A stretch of DNA of 64,000 nucleotides from Clostridia bacterium (GTDB lineage: Bacteria > Bacillota > Clostridia > Christensenellales > QALW01), in NCBI GenBank assembly GCA_017516345.1, contig JAFXDC010000026.1, positions 2,334 through 66,333 on the forward strand, given 5' to 3'. Within the stretch, counting starts at the first letter, position 1, and every line of letters starts with the position of its first letter. The translations under genes were made by a program, and so were the position numbers. Shown one piece after another: positions 56,285 to 64,000 of the stretch. The notes beneath the pieces are model-generated. The model made no database searches, was not told the DNA's origin, and saw only the letters and a program-made list of their open reading frames with translations.

Positions 56285-57566
56285 TACTCAACATCCCTTT
56301 AAGATATTTTTCTATCTCGCGCCTGTCGTTTTTTATCTTATCCTCTATCACCGCATCAAGCGCAAGCTGTAAGGCTCTTCCTATCTCTTTTCCGCAATAT
56401 CCCGCCTCAATAAGGATATCACCATCTATATCAAGTCCCCGGAGACTATAGCATTCTCCGCTTTTTATTATCTGCTCCATGCGCCTTCTTTTATTTAACA
56501 GCTCACGGCTTACTCCTGCCCCCGCCTTCTTTGCGGCACTGTCCGCCATCATAAGCTCAAGCAGTCGCTCCGCTCCCTCCGGGGAGAGCTTTAAAAGCAT
56601 TCTTTTAAGCTCGGCATCACTCTTAGGGATATCTCTGTGATGCTTTATCCACCCCACCACCGCCTTGACCGTGGAGTTGTCCGCCCTGAGACGCCTCAGT
56701 ATCCCCTCCGCCATCTCAGCGCTTTTTTGAGCGTGCTCCGGAAAATGTCCGCCCCGCTCGTCGGAATAAAAGCAGTCGGGCTTGGCGATATCGTGTAAAA
56801 GCGCCGCCAAGCGCAGCTCGGCATGCCTCGGACATTGCGATACCGCAATGGCTATGTGAGTATAAAGGTCAAAATCGTGATGTCTGCTTTTTTGGTCAAA
56901 GCCTATGCATTTTTTAAGCTCGGGAATAACGGCGGAGATCACCTGACTGTACCCTGTCAAAGCACGCCTTACCCCCTTGCCCATCAAGGTCTTTACAAGC
57001 TCAACGTATTTTCTCTCGGGGGATACCCCATCAAGCCTCCACGCCATGCTCTCCGCGGCACGGGCAGTAGCATCATCCATGGTAAAGTCTAACCTTGAGC
57101 AAAACCGCACGGCGCGAAGTATCCTGAGCGCATCCTCGGAAAATCGCCTTTCGGGATCACCCACCGCACGAATTACCCCTCTTTTTATATCCTCCATCCC
57201 CCCGAACGGGTCAATATACCCAAGCTCAGGATGATAAGCTATAGCATTTACCGTAAAATCCCTTCGCGCAAGATCCTCCCTGAGGCTTCTTGTAAAGCTT
57301 ACGCTGTCGGGATGACGCGAGTCGCTGTAGCTGCCGTCCACGCGGTAGGTGGTTACCTCCACCGGCTCGGGCATAAGCACGGTCACCGTGCCATGCTTTA
57401 TCCCGGTGGGGATGACCCTGTAGTCCTTAAAGACCTCAAGCATCTCCTCGGGCAGTGCACTTGTGGTAACATCCATGTCCGAGCAAGGGATGCCCATTAT
57501 CCTGTCCCTCACCCAGCCTCCCACAAGGAAGCCCTCAAAGCCATGACTGTTTAGTTTTTTGATCAC
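56274..57566 (-). CDS. cca: CCA-adding tRNA nucleotidyltransferase
   Basis: 'LVGGWVRDRIMG', 'DMDV' and an HD-like C-terminal region. Confidence 0.88.
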   Translation of the reverse strand: MIKKLNSHGFEGFLVGGWVRDRIMGIPCSDMDVTTSALPEEMLEVFKDYRVIPTGIKHGTVTVLMPEPVEVTTYRVDGSYSDSRHPDSVSFTRSLREDLARRDFTVNAIAYHPELGYIDPFGGMEDIKRGVIRAVGDPERRFSEDALRILRAVRFCSRLDFTMDDATARAAESMAWRLDGVSPERKYVELVKTLMGKGVRRALTGYSQVISAVIPELKKCIGFDQKSRHHDFDLYTHIAIAVSQCPRHAELRLAALLHDIAKPDCFYSDERGGHFPEHAQKSAEMAEGILRRLRADNSTVKAVVGWIKHHRDIPKSDAELKRMLLKLSPEGAERLLELMMADSAAKKAGAGVSRELLNKRRRMEQIIKSGECYSLRGLDIDGDILIEAGYCGKEIGRALQLALDAVIEDKIKNDRREIEKYLKGMLSNGK

Positions 57567-57682
57567 CTCAAGCCCGCTTAAAATCCTGAGTCACTCCCAT
57601 TATCCCGCAACAGCTCTTGCGTTTTTTATTATCACTATATTAATTATGATACCATAAATGCCGCGATATTTCAATAATTTTC

Positions 57683-57711
57683 TTGATATCATCGGGTTAT
57701 AGTGATATAAT
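57683..57711 (+). promoter_or_regulatory. Sigma-70-type promoter for metF and split metH
   Basis: TTGATA, 17 nt, TATAAT, about 48 nt upstream of the metF ATG. Confidence 0.55.
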
Positions 57712-57758
57712 ATAATGGAGTTATTATGTTTTCACCACTAAAAGAGAGGTACATATAA

Positions 57759-58628
57759 ATGAAGATCTCCGAGCTTTTAAAAAAACAGACCCTTTCTCTG
57801 TCATTCGAGGTGTTCCCTCCAAAGACCGAGACCGCCTTTGACAGCGTTCGCCTGGCCACCGAGGAAATAGCGCGCTTGCGCCCCGCCTTCATGTCGGTCA
57901 CCTACGGCGCGGGGGGCGGCACGAGCCGATATACCCTTGATATCGCAAAAAACATAAAATCCCTCTACGGAGTCCCCACCCTGGCTCACCTTACCTGCGT
58001 CTCATCAACTCGTCGCACGGTGCACGAGCGCATCGAGGATATCAAGCGTGCGGGCATACAGAACGTAATGGCTCTACGCGGGGACATCCCTCAGGGCATG
58101 AACGAGCCCTTAAGGGAATATACCCACGCCATCGAGCTTGTACGCGAGCTCAAGCAGGCAGACCCCGAGCTGTGCGTGGGAGGCGCGTGCTACCCCGAGA
58201 TTCATCCCGAAAGCCCCGACCGAAAAAGCGATATTACCTACCTTAAACAAAAGGTGGATGCAGGATGCGACTTTTTAACCACACAGATGTTTTTTGATAA
58301 TAATCTGCTTTATGGCTTCCTTTATAAGATTCGGGAAAGCGGTATCACGGTCCCCGTCATACCGGGCATAATGCCCATCACCAATGCAAATCAGGTGGAG
58401 CGCGCCATCAAGCTCTCGGGCTCCTTTATGCCACAGCGCTTTAAAAGCATAGTGGATAAATTCGGGCATCAGCCCGAGGCAATGAAGCAGGCGGGCATCG
58501 CCTACGCTACCGATCAGATAATAGATCTCTTTGCCAACGGCATCACAAACGTCCACGTCTATTCTATGAATAAGCCCGACGTCGCGGCAAAAATACTTGA
58601 TAACCTTTCGGATATTTTGTCAAAATGA
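57759..58628 (+). CDS. metF: Methylenetetrahydrofolate reductase
   Basis: 'SFEVFPPKT', 'VTYGAGG' and 'LTC' motifs. 289 aa. Confidence 0.9.
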   Translation: MKISELLKKQTLSLSFEVFPPKTETAFDSVRLATEEIARLRPAFMSVTYGAGGGTSRYTLDIAKNIKSLYGVPTLAHLTCVSSTRRTVHERIEDIKRAGIQNVMALRGDIPQGMNEPLREYTHAIELVRELKQADPELCVGGACYPEIHPESPDRKSDITYLKQKVDAGCDFLTTQMFFDNNLLYGFLYKIRESGITVPVIPGIMPITNANQVERAIKLSGSFMPQRFKSIVDKFGHQPEAMKQAGIAYATDQIIDLFANGITNVHVYSMNKPDVAAKILDNLSDILSK

Positions 58629-59272
58629 GTACTGTTATATTTCATGCCCTCCCAATCCCCGAGCTTGACGTCTCGGAGGCACTGCGCTATGCAGGCTGTA
58701 AGGAGGACGGGCAAATGCTCGCCCTTGCACACTCATGCTATGATATGCTTAAAAAAAGCGTCGCCCCCAAGGTCAGCTATTTGACGAGCCCCCTTCTTGT
58801 CAAGGGGTGCACCTGCTCCTTTTTGGATCAGAGCTTGCAATCCCACCGCCTGGCAGAGCACCTGGGAAAAAGCAAGAGCATACTGCTTATGGCTCTTACC
58901 CTGGGAATCGGAGCGGACAGACTGCTTGCCCGCTTTTCCGTAGAGCCCTCAAGGGCGGTAATGCTTCAGGCGGTCGCCACCGCAATGCTGGAGCAGGTCT
59001 GCGACTCCTTTATGGAGCAATACCAAGCACAGCACGGCGTGACCCTGACCTCTCGCTTCAGCCCCGGCTACGGCGACCTGCCCATCGATACCCAGACCCT
59101 CATCTTTAAGCTGCTCGACCCAAAGCGAATAGGGCTCTGTCTTACCGATTCCTTAATTATGACACCGTCTAAGTCTGTCACCGCCTTTGCGGGAATAAAT
59201 CAAGGAGAGCACACTCCGCATTGCACCAATAAATGCGACGGCTGTACCCTCTCCTGCCAATTCAGGAGATAA
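58625..59272 (+). CDS. Stand-alone methionine synthase activation (AdoMet-binding) domain protein
   Basis: 215 aa. 'FSPGYGDLPI' is typical of the MetH reactivation domain. ATGA overlap with metF. Confidence 0.7.
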   Translation: MSTVIFHALPIPELDVSEALRYAGCKEDGQMLALAHSCYDMLKKSVAPKVSYLTSPLLVKGCTCSFLDQSLQSHRLAEHLGKSKSILLMALTLGIGADRLLARFSVEPSRAVMLQAVATAMLEQVCDSFMEQYQAQHGVTLTSRFSPGYGDLPIDTQTLIFKLLDPKRIGLCLTDSLIMTPSKSVTAFAGINQGEHTPHCTNKCDGCTLSCQFRR

Positions 59273-59273
59273 T

Positions 59274-61688
59274 ATGGATTTCAAGACCTTCTTAAACCAA
59301 AGCATCGTATACCTCGACGGAGGCATGGGCACCCTGCTTCAAGCGCGCGGCCTTAAGCCGGGTGAGCATCCCGAGGAGTGGAACCTCTCACGCCCCGAGG
59401 TAATATGCGATATACATAAGCAATATTTCGATGCGGGCAGTAATCTTGTTTGCACCAATACCTTCGGGGCAAACACCCTTAAATTTACACATGAACGACT
59501 GGAGTGCATCATAAGGGCAGCGGTGGAGAACGCCAAAAACGCCCGCGCCGCCTCAAGGGGCGAGCAGGAAAAATTCATTGCTCTGGATCTTGGCCCCACG
59601 GGCAAGCTTTTAAAGCCTCTGGGGGATCTTGACTTCGAGGATGCCGTTTCCATCTTTGCCGCCACAGTAAGGCTGGGCACAAAATACGGGGTGGACGCCA
59701 TTGTCATAGAGACCATGAACGACTCCTACGAGACCAAGGCGGCGCTTCTTGCCGCAAAGGAAAACAGCACCCTCCCCGTGCTTGTGACCAACGCCTACGA
59801 TGCAGACCAAAAGCTTATGACCGGAGCAACCCCCGAGGCAATGGCGGCGCTTCTTGAGGCAATGGGCGCCGACGCCATTGGCGCCAACTGCTCGCTCGGA
59901 CCCAAGCAGCTCGCACCTATAGCAAGAAGATTGCTCAAGTGCGCCTCTGTCCCTGTAATACTTAAGCCCAATTCCGGGCTTCCCCGCGAGCAGGACGGCA
60001 CTACCGTCTTTGACGTCTCCCCCGACCGATTTGCCTCCGAGCTTAAGGAGCTTGTTATGGAGGGTCTGCGCGTGGTGGGCGGCTGTTGCGGCACCACCCC
60101 CGAGCATATCCGCGCCCTTAACATGGCTACCAAGGCGCTCTCTCCCTTGCCTATAACCAAAAAGGATATCACGGTGGTGTCCTCCTATAGCCATGCCGTG
60201 ACATTTTCCTCCCCCGTGCTGATCGGGGAGCGCATCAATCCCACGGGCAAAAAGCGCTTCAAGCAGGCTCTTTTAGACAATGATATGGATTATATTTTAT
60301 CCCAGGCTCTGGAGCAGCAGGATAAAAGGGTGCATATTCTGGATGTCAACGTGGGTCTTCCGGGCATCAATGAGGCCGATATGCTCACCCGCTCGGTCTG
60401 TCAGATCCAGGCGGTCTGCGACCTTCCCCTTCAGATAGATACCTCCGATCCCACCGCAATGGAGAGCGCACTTAGACGCTATAACGGCAAATGCATGATA
60501 AACTCGGTAAACGGCAAAAGGGAGAGCATGGACGCAGTTTTCCCGCTTGTAAAAAAATACGGCGGAGTGGTGGTGGCACTCACCCTTGACGAGCACGGCA
60601 TTCCCGACACCGCCGAGGGTAGGGTAAATATCGCAAGGCGCATCCTTGCCGAGGCGGAAAAATACGGGATAGATAAAAGGGATATCGTCTTTGACACCCT
60701 TGCAATGACCGTGAGCGCCGATGCAAACGCCGCTCTGGTCACCCTTGAGGCGTTAAGAAGGATAAGATGCGAGCTTAACTGTCACACCTCTCTTGGCATC
60801 TCCAACGTCTCCTTCGGGCTTCCCTGCCGCGATGCGGTAAACTCCACCTTCTTTGCCCTGGCACTTGCAAACGGTCTTTCCTCCGCCATAATGAACCCAT
60901 TCAGCACCGAGATGATGCGGACCTACTATTGCTTTAACGCACTTTCGGGGCTTGATGCCAATTGCGAGCAGTATATTTCGGTCTCGGGCGAGCTGGGAAC
61001 GGTCTCTCAAGCCGTACCCCCATTAAATAATACCAATATAAATAATGAAAGTATAAGTGATGACCTTCAAAACGCCATTATAAAGGGACTTAAGGACAAG
61101 GCGTCAAGGCACACGTTGATGATGCTTGAGCATACCCCTGCACTTGATATAGTAAATAACCATATCATCCCCGCCCTTAACACGGTGGGCAAGGGCTTTG
61201 AGGAAAGAACGGTCTATCTCCCTCAGCTTTTGATGAGCGCCGAGGCGGCAAAGCACGCCTTTGAGCAAATAAAGGGTCATCTTTCAAAAAGCGGCGTAAG
61301 CAGCGACGGCGCCACCGTCGTGCTTGCCACGGTTTACGGGGACATCCACGATATCGGCAAAAACATAGTCAAGCTGCTGCTTGAAAACTATGGCTTTAAG
61401 GTCGTGGATCTTGGCAAAAACGTTCCATGTGACGATATCGTTGATGCCGTCATTGCTCACAATGCCCCCATCGTCGGCCTCTCCGCACTTATGACCACCA
61501 CCGTCCCCGCAATGGAGCAAGCAATAAGGCTGTTAAAGGAAAAGGCACCCTGGTGCAGGACCGTGGTGGGCGGCGCCGTGCTCACGGAGGACTACGCCCA
61601 AAAAATAGGGGCGGACAAGTATGCCCGCGACGCCATGGAGACCGTGCGCTACGCTCAAAAAATAACCGAAAAAATAAAAAACGGATAA
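59274..61688 (+). CDS. metH: Cobalamin-dependent methionine synthase (Hcy, pterin, cap and B12 domains; no activation domain)
   Basis: 'LDGGMGT', 'GGCCGTTPEHI' and the B12 motif 'GDIHDIGKNIV'. 804 aa. Confidence 0.9.
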   Translation: MDFKTFLNQSIVYLDGGMGTLLQARGLKPGEHPEEWNLSRPEVICDIHKQYFDAGSNLVCTNTFGANTLKFTHERLECIIRAAVENAKNARAASRGEQEKFIALDLGPTGKLLKPLGDLDFEDAVSIFAATVRLGTKYGVDAIVIETMNDSYETKAALLAAKENSTLPVLVTNAYDADQKLMTGATPEAMAALLEAMGADAIGANCSLGPKQLAPIARRLLKCASVPVILKPNSGLPREQDGTTVFDVSPDRFASELKELVMEGLRVVGGCCGTTPEHIRALNMATKALSPLPITKKDITVVSSYSHAVTFSSPVLIGERINPTGKKRFKQALLDNDMDYILSQALEQQDKRVHILDVNVGLPGINEADMLTRSVCQIQAVCDLPLQIDTSDPTAMESALRRYNGKCMINSVNGKRESMDAVFPLVKKYGGVVVALTLDEHGIPDTAEGRVNIARRILAEAEKYGIDKRDIVFDTLAMTVSADANAALVTLEALRRIRCELNCHTSLGISNVSFGLPCRDAVNSTFFALALANGLSSAIMNPFSTEMMRTYYCFNALSGLDANCEQYISVSGELGTVSQAVPPLNNTNINNESISDDLQNAIIKGLKDKASRHTLMMLEHTPALDIVNNHIIPALNTVGKGFEERTVYLPQLLMSAEAAKHAFEQIKGHLSKSGVSSDGATVVLATVYGDIHDIGKNIVKLLLENYGFKVVDLGKNVPCDDIVDAVIAHNAPIVGLSALMTTTVPAMEQAIRLLKEKAPWCRTVVGGAVLTEDYAQKIGADKYARDAMETVRYAQKITEKIKNG

Positions 61689-61694
61689 ATTAAA

Positions 61695-62834
61695 ATGAAA
61701 AGGCTTTTTATTATTCTTTTTTTGATCTCCTTTCTGTGCGCTTGCGCTCCAAATACCGTATCTCCCACCTTAAGCGCATCCACATCTGACGCAATAAGCG
61801 TATCCCCATCCCCCGCACCCACCGTCTCGCTAAAGGACAATCTCCCCTTTGACGAGCCCCTTGAGCTATCCTTTAACTATTGCCCGTCAATAATGGAGCT
61901 TGAGGACGGCACAAGGTACGTTTATTACTGCGCCACCAAGGAAAGCGGCGTGGTTCAGGATCATATCTATTGCCGCAAGGGGACCCCTACGCCAAACGGC
62001 TACATTTGGGGGGAAAAGACCCTTGTGCTTGCCCCAACCGATGGCACCTTCGACGGACTGCATTGCTGTGACCCGTCGGTCATCAAGGGGGACTTTTGCT
62101 ACAACGGCGAAAAATATCAGTATCTTATGGCATATACGGGCAACACCTACCACGTCAATAACAAGGTGGGACTCGCCCTTTCCAACCACCCCACCGAGGG
62201 CTTTGTAAGCATAGGAGAGCCGTTTATAATAAACGACGGCGACGAATCCTTCTGGGGTGTTGGTCAGCCCTCCCTTTTGTCGGTGGATAAAAAGGGTACG
62301 GTCATGCTCTTTTACTCCTACGGCGGACTTGAGACCTGCACCTTTGCCGAAAAATGGGATCTTTCCGACCTTGATGACCCCAAAATGCTCTCGCGAGTCA
62401 AGCTTACCTCCTCGGGCATAAAGGGGCACGACGGCTCGGCGGACGTAATAAACAATATCGACGTCGCCTTCGATCCCTCCACAAGCCGATACTACATGGT
62501 TAGGGATTGCCACCCCAACCCCACCGACGGCGAGCCCTCCTTCGTTGCATCCCACTTTAACCTCTCTTATCTGCCCGAAAACGGCGATGCTTCGGCCGCC
62601 TTTGCCGACCAGGCCACTCACGACGCTCTTGAGTGGGTAAGCGTTGTAAGCGTCGGCCCCGACCAAACGGGCTTTGTGCGAAACAGTAACTGCGGCATTG
62701 TCAGAGATGAGTTCGGCGCCGTTAAAAACAGTCACAGGCTTGATATCCTTTATTCCATGAGCGAGCTTGGCACCGACGAGGAGTATTATGCCTGGAGCTA
62801 CCGCATACATTCCTACAGCATTGAGCTTAAATGA
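61695..62834 (+). CDS. Putative lipoprotein, possibly a five-bladed beta-propeller glycosidase-like fold
   Basis: Lipobox 'LISFLCAC'. No firm catalytic motif; the fold suggestion is weak. Confidence 0.55.
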   Translation: MKRLFIILFLISFLCACAPNTVSPTLSASTSDAISVSPSPAPTVSLKDNLPFDEPLELSFNYCPSIMELEDGTRYVYYCATKESGVVQDHIYCRKGTPTPNGYIWGEKTLVLAPTDGTFDGLHCCDPSVIKGDFCYNGEKYQYLMAYTGNTYHVNNKVGLALSNHPTEGFVSIGEPFIINDGDESFWGVGQPSLLSVDKKGTVMLFYSYGGLETCTFAEKWDLSDLDDPKMLSRVKLTSSGIKGHDGSADVINNIDVAFDPSTSRYYMVRDCHPNPTDGEPSFVASHFNLSYLPENGDASAAFADQATHDALEWVSVVSVGPDQTGFVRNSNCGIVRDEFGAVKNSHRLDILYSMSELGTDEEYYAWSYRIHSYSIELK

Positions 62835-62848
62835 CGAAAGGAGCAAAA

Positions 62849-63367
62849 ATGAAAAATCAATTACTTGATAAGACGGTGCTTGATTTTCCCAATATTCGCA
62901 AGCAGGAGGCAATAAACCGACTGCGCGCCCTTCCCCGCTATTCCCTGTGTAACCATCACCTTTCAAACGGTGATCAGCTTGCGTTTTATTGCTCAAAAAA
63001 GGGCAGATTCATGCTCTATAAAAGGGGCAAGCGCGCCCGCCTTACGGATTATTTCGTCAGGGGCGAGGTCACAAGCTGTCAGGGCGATGCCCGCATCACT
63101 ATAAGAAAATATAAAAGAAACGGTACCCTTGGCAAGACGGTCTCTGCCATCCTTGGCTCTGTTATGATATTTGCCCTGGTGCACCTTTTTACAAGCTTTG
63201 AGCTAAGCCTTGGCTCCATCCTTATATCCCTTGCGGCAAGCGCCATCTATCTTATTCCGATATTAGCCTACGTTACCGACGGAGACTATCAAAGAATGGA
63301 TGCGGAAACCGAATACCGGGAGCTTATCTCCATAGCAAAAACAATTCGCACCTGGGATGAGGAATAG
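62849..63367 (+). CDS. Hypothetical membrane protein
   Basis: The ATG at 62849 follows AAAGGAG. Two hydrophobic segments in the C-terminal half. Confidence 0.5.
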   Translation: MKNQLLDKTVLDFPNIRKQEAINRLRALPRYSLCNHHLSNGDQLAFYCSKKGRFMLYKRGKRARLTDYFVRGEVTSCQGDARITIRKYKRNGTLGKTVSAILGSVMIFALVHLFTSFELSLGSILISLAASAIYLIPILAYVTDGDYQRMDAETEYRELISIAKTIRTWDEE

Positions 63368-63448
63368 CCTCTTTTTAGCCTTAAAAAGCGCCGAATAATT
63401 ATGCGTCCAAAAAAACCCAATAAAAAACCGCGAAAAAAGTGCAAAAAA

Positions 63449-63495
63449 AGCGCGAAAAAGCATCAAAAAACAGGTGTTTTTTCGCGCTGTTTTAT
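63449..63495 (+). terminator. Possible terminator (long-loop hairpin)
   Basis: AGCGCGAAAAA ... TTTTTCGCGCT followed by a GTTTTATTT tail. Confidence 0.4.
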
Positions 63496-63704
63496 TTCGT
63501 CTCGGATTTTTGCATATTTATAAATCAAAATGCATAATTATAAGTGCTTTTTAAGCGGCTTTTCTTTTGTGAAAAAAATTATATGGATTATTAGATTTGT
63601 GCTACAAACAAGTTAGTATCGTGCATTGACATGGGTATGTAAGGCGTGATATAATTTAATTGCAAAAAGGAAGTTTTTGTAAAATAAACAAGGAGGAATT
63701 GTAT

Positions 63705-64000
63705 ATGAAGAAACGATTCATCAGTCACGCCGAACACAAGGTCATGATAACCTGCAAAAGACTAACTGTGCTTGTGCTTGCTTTGCTTTTGTTTATTATG
63801 ACAATTCCCTCCGCAATTGCCTTGGGAAACGAGCCGCCCGTATTACCCGATTCAGACATTCCCGAGACCTTGACCCGCGCACAGCTTGAAGCTCACGGCG
63901 CTGTGGCAAGGTTAAGAGCAGAAGAGCCCGATGAGTTCACATTTGTGTATCTCAATGAGGACGGAACCCGCACCTCTTACAGCTACGGTGTAGCGGTAAA
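63705..64000 (+). CDS. 5' part of a secreted protein gene (partial, runs off the right edge)
   Basis: The ATG at 63705 follows AAGGAGGA. Signal-anchor 'LTVLVLALLLFIMTIPSAIA'. Confidence 0.6.
   Translation, partial: MKKRFISHAEHKVMITCKRLTVLVLALLLFIMTIPSAIALGNEPPVLPDSDIPETLTRAQLEAHGAVARLRAEEPDEFTFVYLNEDGTRTSYSYGVAV

Noticed and set aside
57567-57758. SAM riboswitch or T-box leader upstream of metF/metH
   Set aside because: The leader from the predicted promoter to the ATG is only about 48 nt. No SAM-I-like conserved helices, T-box sequence or specifier hairpin could be seen.

Overview
This 64 kb chromosomal window is probably from a spore-forming Clostridia (Bacillota) genome. That assignment is an inference from AGGAGG-type ribosome-binding sites (RBS), the yqfC/yqfD sporulation genes and the gene content. 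No rRNA, tRNA or CRISPR array was found.

Layout:
- 1-9.3 kb: a compact minus-strand phage morphogenesis block (small and large terminase, portal, scaffold, major capsid, adaptor-like protein, a 475-aa structural protein, a LysM protein). No integrase, replication, lysis or tail-fibre genes are visible.
- 9.5-12.7 kb: a membrane protein, then four tandem zinc-ribbon/transmembrane (TM) paralogues. Two of them form a recent ~660 bp tandem duplication.
- 12.8-21 kb: an anchored GH32 fructosidase, FmdB zinc ribbon, murA, two uncharacterised secreted proteins and a 56-aa 2x[4Fe-4S] ferredoxin too short for the ORF track.
- 21.2-26.2 kb: a tightly coupled three-gene operon (TerB-N/TerB-C protein, P-loop ATPase, Lhr-like DEVH helicase). 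This is the most system-like locus in the window. It matches the architecture I recall being named the Shango anti-phage system, so the gene set is not wholly new, but its mechanism is unknown.
- 27.7-33 kb: a 2-oxoacid/acetoin dehydrogenase operon in the order E2, E3, fused E1 alpha-beta.
- 33.6-34.0 kb: a ~375 bp non-coding element bounded by terminal inverted repeats (MITE-like, miniature inverted-repeat element) that carries an array of TCGATAT motifs separated by unique mini-hairpins.
- 34-64 kb: mostly housekeeping genes. These include tandem SGNH hydrolases, DUF89, an acyl-ACP thioesterase, ABC-F, HAD, coaX, hom, htpG, an acyl-CoA synthetase, a U32 peptidase, yqfC/yqfD, an HD dGTPase-like protein, a glycosyltransferase, the CCA-adding enzyme and metF with a split metH.

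All functional calls rest on motifs read by eye in the supplied translations. No database search was run.
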